Assembly: GCA_964445435.1 (NCBI GenBank)
Contig: CAYUKU010000002.1
Location: 47,988 to 111,987, forward strand
Length of the DNA: 64,000 nucleotides
Source of the DNA: an uncultured Gammaproteobacteria bacterium
GTDB lineage: Bacteria > Patescibacteriota > Microgenomatia > UBA10105 > UBA927
Reading direction: 5' to 3'
The notes beneath the pieces are model-generated. The model worked only from the letters and a program-made list of their open reading frames with translations. It ran no database searches and was not told where the DNA came from. Shown here in pieces: positions 48,009-57,062 of this stretch. Positions within the stretch are counted from its first letter, which is position 1, and the number at the start of each line of letters is the position of its first letter. Position numbers and translations under genes: made by a program.

Positions 48009-49137
48009 CGTACTGGCCCTTTTTTTGTGCGCTGTGGGAGCAGGATTTGTCTTCAGGTTGGTGTTGCATCACCAGGCAGCGTCAAGTACAGGAAGCGCCG
48101 TGCGGAGTTTGTTTGCCTTATGCGCGCGGGCAGAGGTACCGTTTGACTACGATTGCCTGCGTCGGGGAATGCTTCCGTTAGTCACGGAAGATACGCTCAT
48201 GGATGTGTTGGGAGTCCTTCAGGATGTGTTTGCCCAACCCAACGTTTCCCTCAAGACGCACGGCGCGCTGACGTGTCATCCATCCGGTCACGTTGCAGGG
48301 GAGATTGCGGTTGAGAAGGGGATTGAGTTCTCACGCGTGTCCACGCTGTGCGGTGCCATCTGCGACTACGGATGTGTGCATGGAGCGCTTGTAGCGACGC
48401 TACGGCATGACCATGAGTTTTTGGCGAAGGTCGGATCGTTGTGTGATGCGTTTCGGGCATCAGAAACCGTGCGGCAGATGTCAGCCTGTGGTCACGCCGT
48501 CGGCCATGGTCTTGCTGAGGTATTCGCTTCTGATTTTCCAAACGCCCTTGCGTACTGCGACAAATTTCAGAACGAATCTGTCCGCTCTGCATGCGGACAG
48601 GGGAGCATGATGGAGCACTTGATCGGGTTGCCGGACAGGCCAAAAAATATGAACCTCCTGTTGGATGACATACTGTCCTTTTGTGGCGGGCTTGCCGGCC
48701 GGTACAAAGAAGAATGCTTCGATAACGTCGGAACATATGCCGGACACGTGACTCAGGATGTTTTTGAAGCAAAAAACATATGCACACGAGTTCCGTCCTC
48801 CTCACGTATGAAATGCGTTCAGTCGTTGGGCGGTGTCGTTTATTACCAATTTCAGCATTCACCGCTGGCATTGAGCGCCTACTGCACATCGATGGGAGAT
48901 GCAGCAAGTCTTGCATGTATACTCGGGGCCATAGATACGAGCGTCGGCGAGTCCCGCAGCATGGAGTATGGGCGTATCCTCTGCGAGCAAATGAGGGGTA
49001 CAACGCAAAAGCGTTGTTTTGCGTATTACGGCACTCAAGTTGCTTCATCATGGGGAAGCGCAGTGCAAAAAGAAAAGTGCAGCCAGCTCAATAATGAGAA
49101 TGCCAGTGCGTGCAATTCCGGAAAGGATTCGTTATGA
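47983..49137 (+). CDS. Cys/His-rich repeat protein family, member 1 (secreted or anchored)
   Basis: Start MKKRLHFSNVLALFLCAVGAGFV overlaps the upstream ORF by 26 nt. It contains successive ~35-aa units, each with a Cys followed by aromatic/His-Gly: CHPSGHVAG, CGAICDYGCVHG, CGHAVGHG, CGQGSMMEH. Confidence 0.75.
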   Translation: MKKRLHFSNVLALFLCAVGAGFVFRLVLHHQAASSTGSAVRSLFALCARAEVPFDYDCLRRGMLPLVTEDTLMDVLGVLQDVFAQPNVSLKTHGALTCHPSGHVAGEIAVEKGIEFSRVSTLCGAICDYGCVHGALVATLRHDHEFLAKVGSLCDAFRASETVRQMSACGHAVGHGLAEVFASDFPNALAYCDKFQNESVRSACGQGSMMEHLIGLPDRPKNMNLLLDDILSFCGGLAGRYKEECFDNVGTYAGHVTQDVFEAKNICTRVPSSSRMKCVQSLGGVVYYQFQHSPLALSAYCTSMGDAASLACILGAIDTSVGESRSMEYGRILCEQMRGTTQKRCFAYYGTQVASSWGSAVQKEKCSQLNNENASACNSGKDSL

Positions 49138-50036
49138 GGAAGCGGCTGTTGCTTTTGGTTGCGCTTGTCGGAATCATGGGTTTTTCCGCATTAGAAATGG
49201 AACGGCGCAACGAGCATAAGCCGATCATTATGACGAATCGGGACGCAAAACGTGTCCGGGTGCAGATAGACAGAATTATGCGAAACAAAGGTCCAAAGGA
49301 TGCGTACACATATGCGAAAACTCTTTTTCCGTATGACAGATCCTTCGTGTCTCAACATCTGGTGCTCCACATATTTTCGGAACTTGCATATGCCAGATAC
49401 GGGAGACACGGCTTGAATTTTTGCGATAACGATTTCGCGTATGGCTGTCTTCATGGGTTTCTTGCGCAGATTATTGTGCACGAAGGGCTGGATAATGCAA
49501 AAGAGCTCTTCGCAGAATGTCGCAACCAGGCAAATGAGATTGCCTGTCAGCATGGAATCGGCCATGGAATCATGCAGTATCTGGGTGGGCGAAACATCCG
49601 CAGTGGACTTGATACCTGCGTGCGGATCGGTGCTGAAATTTCGGCAAAGGGGTGTTTCGGAGGGGCGTATATGGAGTATCATTTTCCGACGCTCACAACT
49701 GGGGGGGTGGAATCGGCTGTTCCGTTCGATCCGGATAATCCGTATGATATTTGCCCAGGACTCCCGGATTCCTATAAACCGTCCTGCTATTTCCGACTTG
49801 CCGAGTGGTGGGAAGAGATTCTCAGGAAAGATTACAAAAAGATGGGGAATTTATGTTCAAAGATCGGGAACACGGAGTATATGGCACAGTGTCTCCGTGC
49901 CATAGGTGCAACAGCTACGACAACGAGTGGGCATGACAAGAGTTTGGTCGCGTACATATGCAGCCAGGCGACACAATCACCAAACTATCGAGATATATGC
50001 CTTGAGGGATTCGATATGGAGGATCCGGGGAAGTGA
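49134..50036 (+). CDS. Cys/His-rich repeat protein family, member 2
   Basis: ATGA overlap with member 1. Signal anchor MRKRLLLLVALVGIMG. Motifs FCDNDFAYGCLHGF, CQHGIGHG, CFGGAYMEY. Confidence 0.75.
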   Translation: MRKRLLLLVALVGIMGFSALEMERRNEHKPIIMTNRDAKRVRVQIDRIMRNKGPKDAYTYAKTLFPYDRSFVSQHLVLHIFSELAYARYGRHGLNFCDNDFAYGCLHGFLAQIIVHEGLDNAKELFAECRNQANEIACQHGIGHGIMQYLGGRNIRSGLDTCVRIGAEISAKGCFGGAYMEYHFPTLTTGGVESAVPFDPDNPYDICPGLPDSYKPSCYFRLAEWWEEILRKDYKKMGNLCSKIGNTEYMAQCLRAIGATATTTSGHDKSLVAYICSQATQSPNYRDICLEGFDMEDPGK

Positions 50037-50037
50037 A

Positions 50038-51177
50038 TTACGACTTCCAGATGTTGTGGACAAGGACGCCCTCAACGAAATAGTTGTGTTCTGCTCCAGG
50101 GAGGCTCAGGTTGTAAACCGGCGGATTTTCGTCGACCGCGACTACAGATTCTACTGTCACTGCGTTTCCGTCCGGTCCCAGAAGCGTATCGCCCGCTCTA
50201 ACTGCGTCTGCACGAAGCCACAGGCCGCGGTTTGCGACCCAGAGGTTATGGCCTTTCGTGACTCTCAGTGTACCGTTAATAACCAAGTATCCTGCTTCCT
50301 GCGACTCAGGATCTGCAGATGGACTCGGGTGGGCAAGAAGTGCTGTCACTGTGTTGGGAACCAATTTGCCCGTAGAAAGATTGTAGGATAAAACGACGTC
50401 TCCCGGACGGATATCCTGAATTTCCTTCATCGTGCCGTCGGCCATGAGCACCCTAGAACCGGCGAGGAAGCATCCGCCGTAGCTGCCATATGATGCCTGG
50501 CCGTAGCCGTAATAGCCAGCCTGACCGTAACCGTAGCTGTATGAGTAGTAGGCGCTTTGCGCGTAGCCGTAATATGCAGCCTGACCGTAGGCGTAGCTAT
50601 ACGCATAATAATTGCTTTGGCTGTAGGTGTAATAATTGGCCTGACCGTAGGCGTAGTATGTGGACTGAGCGTAGGAGTAGCAGTTGTTGGTCAGTGTTCC
50701 ATCACTCGGATCACAATCAGCCGTCGTTGTTTTCATGAGTCCCATGCGTCGGTAGCCGGATGCAGTGGATGAGCGTCGTGGGTAGTTCGTATCGTCCGTC
50801 CAGTCGTTGACCCAGCCGTCTGCGTCGTTATCATAGATCCAAATGCCGCCGCCGGGGAGAAGCTGTCCGCTTCCGATGGCGATTCCGCCGGAACCGTTGA
50901 TGATAAATTGTCCAGCGACGATCTTCTGACCGGACGAAAGTGTCAGATTATAATTACCTAGCGTGATGGAGCCGGTGTTTGACGTACCCGTTTCAGAGTT
51001 TTGCGGATTATCGACACCATCCACGGTATAGGCAAACGTGCATGATGCGGTAAGCGTGATATTACCATATGTCGTTGTCGGGCGGGCACAGTCAGCCAAA
51101 ACACGCTCCTGTGGCATAAGCACGAAAAGGAAAAGAAGAGCGAGAAACGAGCCGATCGTTGAGAGACCTTTTTTCAT
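50038..51177 (-). CDS. Secreted protein with a Tyr/Gly/Gln-rich repeat tract and a C-terminal Hint (Hedgehog/intein-like, BIL-type) domain
   Basis: Start MKKGLSTIGSFLALLFLFVL (ATG at 51175-51177). Hint block A CFLAGSRVLMADGTMKEIQDIRPGDVV, block B TKGH (TxxH), and a C-terminal ...VEGVLVHN followed by only IWKS. A Tyr-rich low-complexity region lies upstream of the Hint domain. Confidence 0.8.
   Translation of the reverse strand: MKKGLSTIGSFLALLFLFVLMPQERVLADCARPTTTYGNITLTASCTFAYTVDGVDNPQNSETGTSNTGSITLGNYNLTLSSGQKIVAGQFIINGSGGIAIGSGQLLPGGGIWIYDNDADGWVNDWTDDTNYPRRSSTASGYRRMGLMKTTTADCDPSDGTLTNNCYSYAQSTYYAYGQANYYTYSQSNYYAYSYAYGQAAYYGYAQSAYYSYSYGYGQAGYYGYGQASYGSYGGCFLAGSRVLMADGTMKEIQDIRPGDVVLSYNLSTGKLVPNTVTALLAHPSPSADPESQEAGYLVINGTLRVTKGHNLWVANRGLWLRADAVRAGDTLLGPDGNAVTVESVVAVDENPPVYNLSLPGAEHNYFVEGVLVHNIWKS
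50470..50700. repeat. Tandem ~45-nt degenerate direct repeats that encode the Tyr-rich tract (YAYGQA-YY-Y-QS)n
   Basis: Recurring gcctgaccgta(g/a)(g/c)cgtag(c/t)t and gtagccgtaata blocks are visible on the plus strand. Confidence 0.5.
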
Positions 51178-51178
51178 A

Positions 51179-51709
51179 TTATCTGAACGCGAATCCCCCG
51201 TTATATGTGGCGTCCTGCCCGACGAGCGTAAAGTCAAGGTAATACGTCTCCTCATGGGTGTCATCCGCAGTCAGGGTTGCCTGCCAGGTTCCATTCGTAT
51301 CCGTTCCCGCCGTGCGGGTGAAGGTAAGCGGTGTTTTTTTCGTATCGGTATCGAGCCTTGCTGTTACGGAGGTTATGGGAGTAGTGTAGGTTGCCTTAAC
51401 CGTAATGGTTTGTTTGGCTCCGACTTTCACATCCAAAGGATCGAGTGCGAATTCATAGATTTTCGGTCCCACTGCCTTGGGTCCGGGGGCGAAGGTAAAC
51501 GTTTCCTTCCCAGGATTGAGCTTGCGGGGTTTCGGTTTCGGAGTAGGGGTGCCTGATGCCATGGCGATTTCTTTTTCCTCTTTCGGCGTCCCCATGAACC
51601 AATTAGTTCCCTTCTGGGAGACGATATACCATCCGAGCAAAACGACGACAACGATTCCGACAAGGAGAGCAGTATTAGAAGATTGCTTCGTGGACTTGGA
51701 CTTTTTCAC
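51179..51709 (-). CDS. Membrane-anchored hypothetical protein (beta-sandwich-like), co-transcribed upstream of the Hint protein
   Basis: GTG start, TM helix ALLVGIVVVVLLGWYIV, a Pro/Lys-rich linker and a Thr-rich beta-strand domain. Its stop lies 1 nt before the Hint gene start. Confidence 0.55.
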   Translation of the reverse strand: MKKSKSTKQSSNTALLVGIVVVVLLGWYIVSQKGTNWFMGTPKEEKEIAMASGTPTPKPKPRKLNPGKETFTFAPGPKAVGPKIYEFALDPLDVKVGAKQTITVKATYTTPITSVTARLDTDTKKTPLTFTRTAGTDTNGTWQATLTADDTHEETYYLDFTLVGQDATYNGGFAFR

Positions 51710-51841
51710 AATATAAAACCAAAAAGATAGCTTATCCTCATCCTAGAAAGACGGTACATGTTTGTCAATAGGCAATGTAATGTAGGTTACATTCATTTCT
51801 GCGTGGATATAGGAATAAAAAAAATGTAAGATGGTGAGGAC

Positions 51842-53032
51842 ATGAAGTGGAAACGAATGTATTCCGTAGCACTCGTTATTTCTCTCCTGCTTATCGGTAT
51901 TGCAAGGTACGCTCTTTTTCCTCGTGATTCCTATCCCGAAGTGCGGGAGCTTGCCGGAAAATCCCTCGATTTCGGAGAGCTAAGCGTTTTTTTCACCCGT
52001 CTTGCACAGGCGAAGGGCGCTTCATACGCATTTGAGGTTCTCCGTATTGCGACACTCCCGCCCAATACGGACATGCATCTTCTGGGGCACGTGGTGGGCG
52101 ATGAGCTCTATAAACAGCAGGGGATAAACGGCATGAGCGCCTGTACGCAGGATTTCCGCAACGCGTGCTCCCATTCCATCGTTGTCGGATATTTTCTTGC
52201 AAAGGGTGAAGAGGGGTTAGGAGATATTGCCAACGCCTGCAGACGCGCGCCGGGAGGCGCAGGCGCCTACACGATGTGTTTCCACGGTCTTGGTCACGGG
52301 ATACTGGCGGCGGTAGACTATGACCTGCCGCGGGCCGTGTCTCTTTGCCAAAAGACCGGGACGATTCAATACGGATACCGTGAGTCGTCCGAATGCACGA
52401 GCGGTACCGTCATGGAAATTATCTCCGGCGGGTTTCATAACAAGACGCTCTGGGAGAAACAGTCCGCGAAATATCTATCCCTAAGCGAGCCGCTTCTGCC
52501 GTGCACTGCCAGTTACGTGCCAGCAGGATCCAAGCCCCAATGTTTCGAGTATTTGACGCCGCATCTGGTGAAGGCGGCAGGCGGATCGCTGGATGACGGC
52601 GTGCCGGCAGATGAAATCCTTAAAAAGGCATTTGCATATTGCGAACTGCTCGATATCGATATCCAGCGCGCATTCTGCTACCAGGGATTCGGCAAGGAGT
52701 TCATCGTTCTGGTTCATAATCGCGATACGCGGACGCTCGCCAACATGGATGAACGGGAAATGAAAGAAACGTTTCGCCTGTGCGCGCTTGCGGGGCGTGC
52801 GCAGGGGGAGCGGGAGTGTCTGCTTCATGCGATGGATTCGCTTTTCTGGGGAGGAGAGAATGACCCGACAGGCGCAGTCCGGTTTTGCGCGCTTATGGAA
52901 TCAGAGACGCTTGCCAAGGCATGTTACGAGCATCTTGTGGGGGCGACCAGATTTTTCCTGAAAGATCCTCACGCCCGCGATCCCGTGTGTAAGATAATCC
53001 CAGGTGCGTACCAAAGAGACTGTTATGAATAG
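51842..53032 (+). CDS. Cys/His-rich repeat protein family, member 3
   Basis: Signal anchor MKWKRMYSVALVISLLLIG. Motifs HLLGHVVG, CTQDFRNACSHS, CFHGLGHG, CTSGTVME, CFEYL. Confidence 0.75.
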   Translation: MKWKRMYSVALVISLLLIGIARYALFPRDSYPEVRELAGKSLDFGELSVFFTRLAQAKGASYAFEVLRIATLPPNTDMHLLGHVVGDELYKQQGINGMSACTQDFRNACSHSIVVGYFLAKGEEGLGDIANACRRAPGGAGAYTMCFHGLGHGILAAVDYDLPRAVSLCQKTGTIQYGYRESSECTSGTVMEIISGGFHNKTLWEKQSAKYLSLSEPLLPCTASYVPAGSKPQCFEYLTPHLVKAAGGSLDDGVPADEILKKAFAYCELLDIDIQRAFCYQGFGKEFIVLVHNRDTRTLANMDEREMKETFRLCALAGRAQGERECLLHAMDSLFWGGENDPTGAVRFCALMESETLAKACYEHLVGATRFFLKDPHARDPVCKIIPGAYQRDCYE

Positions 53033-54503
53033 AAAAGCCTTCATAAGTATAGTCATGGCAGTGTTGGTTTCGGCGGCGTGGGTGTTTTTGTTCAAGGGTA
53101 TGGTGATGGGCGCAAGACGCGTCATCGAATTGAGGAAAAACGGATATTACCCCAAGAGTCTCACGATTCGGGTCGGGGAGACCGTGACGTTTGTCTCGCA
53201 GACCGGAAAACCGTTCTGGCCCGCCTCAAACGTGCACCCGAGCCATGGATTGTACCCCCAATTCGATCCGCTCAAACCCGTTTCTCCCGATACGCCCTGG
53301 CAGTTTACCTTCGACCGGCCGGGCAAGTGGCGGTTCCATGACCATATTGCGCCTGAGTTTACGGGGACGATTTTCGTTCTGCCCCAGGGGAAAACGACAA
53401 TTGATGCGCTTCCGTGTCAGGAGAAAAATATTGACCTTACCGTCAAGGAGCAGTGCTGGGAGGATGAGCTTGGCGATGCGCTGGAAACGAAAGGGATAAA
53501 AGCGGCCTTCACTGAATTCGTCCGTCTGTATCAGACAGATGCGGATTTCGTAACCACGGGATGTCACGTCCACGCGCACAGAATAGGCGACAAATTTTAT
53601 GAGACCTACGCGTCGGGGTTACAAACGCTTGCCGGTATCGAGCTTCCGCCTGAGACGATGTCGTGCGGGTACGGATTTTTCCATGGATTGTTTGAACACT
53701 TCTTCCGAAAACACCCCAATATCGCGCTTGCCCGGTCCGTTTGCGAAGATTTGGATAAACGCTACAGCAAAACGATCCCTCTTATCCGCATCAACTGTTT
53801 CCATGGAGCCGGTCATGGATTGATCGCCGATCCGCCCGACCCTGCATCATGGGGCAAGCCGCAGGATCTCGTGGGGAAGCCATTGTCGCTGTGTGAGAGC
53901 ATATCTCCTGTTGAGTCTGAAGCATACGCCTGTATGGACGGCGTATTTAACGTCGTTTCAAGCTGGATGGGAGATGCGAAGTACGGTATGTCCATCGACA
54001 TGAAAAATCCGTTTTGGCTTTGCAAGACGCTCAAGTCCACGCAGCAGGAGTCCTGCTATTATGAGCAGATTATGGTGATGAGCGAGTTTGATAACCGCAA
54101 CATGACGACGATTACGAACAAATACATCACACCCATCGTCAACAAGGATATAGCCAATCGGGTGATGTTTTCTCTGGCCGCCTCCCTCATGCAGAAGGAC
54201 GTTGTCCTGCCGGATCAGACGCACATGATCCGTGCATGCCGCAGTGTGCCAGGGTATCTACAAAAGAGTTGCCTGGAGGGAGTGGTCAACGGATTTAAGG
54301 GTCACGGTGAACCGGGGAAAGAATACGTGAAAATGCTTGCGTTTTGCCAGAATTCGCTTCTCACCCGCGTCGAGCGTGATACGTGTTACCTCTCGCTTAT
54401 TGATGCGATATGGGATTTGAATCCACAGCAGGAAGCGCTTGGGGTCTGCCAAAAGATACCGGATCAGTATAGAGCGCAGTGCGAGCAATGGGAGAAACGG
54501 TGA
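53004..54503 (+). CDS. Cys/His-rich repeat protein family, member 4, with an N-terminal cupredoxin-like domain
   Basis: TM helix followed by LTIRVGETVTFVSQTGKPFWPASNVHPSH...WQFTFDRPGKWRFHDHIAPEFTGTIFV, an amicyanin/plastocyanin-like strand pattern in which the ligand Cys is replaced by Asp. The family repeats follow: CHVHAHRIG, CGYGFFHG, CFHGAGHG. Confidence 0.75.
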   Translation: MRTKETVMNRKAFISIVMAVLVSAAWVFLFKGMVMGARRVIELRKNGYYPKSLTIRVGETVTFVSQTGKPFWPASNVHPSHGLYPQFDPLKPVSPDTPWQFTFDRPGKWRFHDHIAPEFTGTIFVLPQGKTTIDALPCQEKNIDLTVKEQCWEDELGDALETKGIKAAFTEFVRLYQTDADFVTTGCHVHAHRIGDKFYETYASGLQTLAGIELPPETMSCGYGFFHGLFEHFFRKHPNIALARSVCEDLDKRYSKTIPLIRINCFHGAGHGLIADPPDPASWGKPQDLVGKPLSLCESISPVESEAYACMDGVFNVVSSWMGDAKYGMSIDMKNPFWLCKTLKSTQQESCYYEQIMVMSEFDNRNMTTITNKYITPIVNKDIANRVMFSLAASLMQKDVVLPDQTHMIRACRSVPGYLQKSCLEGVVNGFKGHGEPGKEYVKMLAFCQNSLLTRVERDTCYLSLIDAIWDLNPQQEALGVCQKIPDQYRAQCEQWEKR

Positions 54504-55675
54504 TTATGGAAAAAAACGTGTTTCCGTTTAAGACAATCAGCATTTTCATTATCGGGGTTATCGTTCTTGTGGAAGTCGGACTGATCGTCTCTGAAAGGCT
54601 TGCGAAATCACCCTGCGCGGGGAAAGAAGGAACGGAGCTGAAAAACTGCTGGGAGACTGTTGTAACCGGTCACCTCAAAAAAGGAGACATATCCGGGGCA
54701 TTCGAGTCGCTTGCAACTCTTTATGAAACGACGCCGGCTTTGGGTGAAACATGCCATAGTCTGACCCATGAAATCGGACGGTCGGCGTATGAACTTTTCT
54801 CACGCGGGGTCGAATTTGATATTACCGCCAAAACTGCATACTGTTCTTACGGCTTCTACCATGGGTTCATGGAGGAGCTTGTCATACGACGTGCGGACAT
54901 GAAGCTTGCGCGGGAGTTTTGCGCGTACGTCGACAAGCAACTGGCAAACGTAAGTCCTGACGTGACGCTTCAGTGTTATCACGGTATCGGGCACGGGACG
55001 GTCAATAATCACGATCCGCGAACATGGGGGGAGCCGCAGCGTCTCATCGATCCCGCGTTGGCTCTGTGTGAACAGGTGGCAACCAATCAGGAGGAGCTCT
55101 CCCGGTGTGCGACCGGTGTGTACAACGGGTTGTCTATTTTTTATGCAACAGGGGAGTATGGACTTCTCCTCGATACGAAGGATCCGGTGGGTGTGTGCAG
55201 GCGGCAGAAGGTAGAGTATCAGGATGCCTGTTATGTGAGCATGAATACGCTTCTTTTACAGGTTGCCAATTATGATCTACGCAAAGCAGTCTCGTATATC
55301 GAGAACATACCGGATGACGCCATCGCCCAGCATACGATGATAAATCTCGCGTCCCCCATAGGGACGAGAAATCTGGGTACATTGGATCACAGCGAGACCA
55401 TCGGAGTCTGCAGGGCACTGCCAAGCCGCCTGAAACTGGCGTGCATCCAGGGGTATGCGTTCGGGTTTCTCGAACATGGGGAACCGGAGAAAGAATACAG
55501 AAAACCTCTCGCATTCTGCGGATCCCAACAGCTTGTCAAAGAAGAGCAAAAAGCATGTTTTGAGTATATTTTGTCGTATCTGCCAAGATGGTACGCCAAA
55601 GAGAAAGTTTCGGGGATTTGCCAAACGGTTTCATCAGAGTGGCGTGATTATTGTGAAAAACAAATACAAAATTAG
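54479..55675 (+). CDS. Cys/His-rich repeat protein family, member 5
   Basis: Motifs CHSLTHEIG, CSYGFYHGF, CYHGIGHG, CATGVYNG. Confidence 0.75.
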   Translation: MRAMGETVIMEKNVFPFKTISIFIIGVIVLVEVGLIVSERLAKSPCAGKEGTELKNCWETVVTGHLKKGDISGAFESLATLYETTPALGETCHSLTHEIGRSAYELFSRGVEFDITAKTAYCSYGFYHGFMEELVIRRADMKLAREFCAYVDKQLANVSPDVTLQCYHGIGHGTVNNHDPRTWGEPQRLIDPALALCEQVATNQEELSRCATGVYNGLSIFYATGEYGLLLDTKDPVGVCRRQKVEYQDACYVSMNTLLLQVANYDLRKAVSYIENIPDDAIAQHTMINLASPIGTRNLGTLDHSETIGVCRALPSRLKLACIQGYAFGFLEHGEPEKEYRKPLAFCGSQQLVKEEQKACFEYILSYLPRWYAKEKVSGICQTVSSEWRDYCEKQIQN

Positions 55676-57062
55676 CGGGATCGTCGGTATAATTCTGTTT
55701 CTTTTGGGAATCGGGGGATTAAGCATCCGACATGCGTATACCAAAACCATTACGCTTGATGATACCGGGTTCCATCCGAAAGTCGCTCTCGTTGTCAGGG
55801 GTGAAAGCATCACATTTCGAACTTCGCGGGGGAAATACTTCTGGCCAGCGAGCGACCCGCATCCGATTCATGCGACATATCCTGAATTTGACCCAAAAGA
55901 GGCCCTGAAAAAAGACGCCGTATGGACGTTTACATTCGACCGTGTCGGGATATGGAGCTATCATGACCACTTGGCTCCGCAGTTTGGCGGACGGATTATC
56001 AGTCTGGGATGGGACGCCAGGGAGTTCGCGCAACTGGTGCAGTCGGCCCGGAAAAAAATCTCCGGTTTCATCCCGCTGACTGTCACAGAGATGGAGGCGT
56101 ATTTCGGACAGTGCGGGGGACTCAATAAGGATTGCTGGGATCCCGTCTTTACTTCCATCGTAGAAACCAAAGGAACCAAACAAGCCCTGGAGACGGTTTC
56201 ATACTTGAGACAGAAATATCCGGAGTTTGCCAATTACTGCCATCAGTATACTGACTTCATCGGTGAGATATCGTATTGGAATATCCTCCCCAAAAAGCGA
56301 CTCCCGCAGTTTAACGCTGCTCTTGCAGGTCAATGCAGCAGCGGGTATATGCACGGATATATGGGTGAATTTGTTTCGCACGGGAGCATCGGACAGGGGA
56401 TTGCGTTTTGTGATGCGTTATTCAGACTCGCCCCTGACCACGAAGTGACTGCCGAGTGTTATCGCGGGGTCGGAAACGGCCTTGCCTTCCGGTTCGGACT
56501 CACGTCATGGAACGACGAGGATGCGATTATCAACGAGGCGCTTGGGGTGTGTGAATCGGTACGGGAGAAAAAACTTTGCGAACAGGGAGTCATCATCGGT
56601 CTTGATCATATGTACTTCGGCGTGCACGGGTTTCAATTGCGGATGGATCCCAAAGACCCGTTTGCAGTATGCCGTCGGGTAAAAACGGAACTTACTGATG
56701 ATTGTTACGAGCAGTTGTCCGACGGATTTTTCGCGTTTGTGGAATCTGATTTGGATAAAGCGATGCCGTATGTAAAAAAACTTCCACCCAAACAGGCAGC
56801 AATCGTCATCGCAAAGATCATACAAATTCCGTATGAACTTGAGTCGTTTGGCGCGAATGGATACGCGAGGATTGTCGCATGGTGTCGCAGCGTGCCGTAT
56901 GGTCTTGGCCAGACGTGTTTACGAGGGTTTATCGGAAAATTGAAAACAATCGATGTGGATTATAATGGGCATACGACAATAGCAGAGAATTTTTGCCGCA
57001 TGCCGATACTTACCGCGGAAGAAGAGTGGTTTTGCCGTAGGGTCGTCTATGAACAAATATAA
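55644..57062 (+). CDS. Cys/His-rich repeat protein family, member 6, with an N-terminal cupredoxin-like domain
   Basis: Probable GTG start at 55644 or 55653, overlapping the upstream stop. Cupredoxin-like segment ITFRTSRGKYFWPASDPHPIH...WTFTFDRVGIWSYHDHLAPQFGGRII. Family repeats follow: CHQYTDFIG, CSSGYMHGY, CYRGVGNG. Confidence 0.7.
   Translation: MIIVKNKYKISGIVGIILFLLGIGGLSIRHAYTKTITLDDTGFHPKVALVVRGESITFRTSRGKYFWPASDPHPIHATYPEFDPKEALKKDAVWTFTFDRVGIWSYHDHLAPQFGGRIISLGWDAREFAQLVQSARKKISGFIPLTVTEMEAYFGQCGGLNKDCWDPVFTSIVETKGTKQALETVSYLRQKYPEFANYCHQYTDFIGEISYWNILPKKRLPQFNAALAGQCSSGYMHGYMGEFVSHGSIGQGIAFCDALFRLAPDHEVTAECYRGVGNGLAFRFGLTSWNDEDAIINEALGVCESVREKKLCEQGVIIGLDHMYFGVHGFQLRMDPKDPFAVCRRVKTELTDDCYEQLSDGFFAFVESDLDKAMPYVKKLPPKQAAIVIAKIIQIPYELESFGANGYARIVAWCRSVPYGLGQTCLRGFIGKLKTIDVDYNGHTTIAENFCRMPILTAEEEWFCRRVVYEQI

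Noticed and set aside
50557-50772. Plus-strand 71-aa Val/Gly-rich ORF
   Set aside because: Antisense to the Tyr-rich tandem repeat of the Hint protein; an artefact of the repeat.
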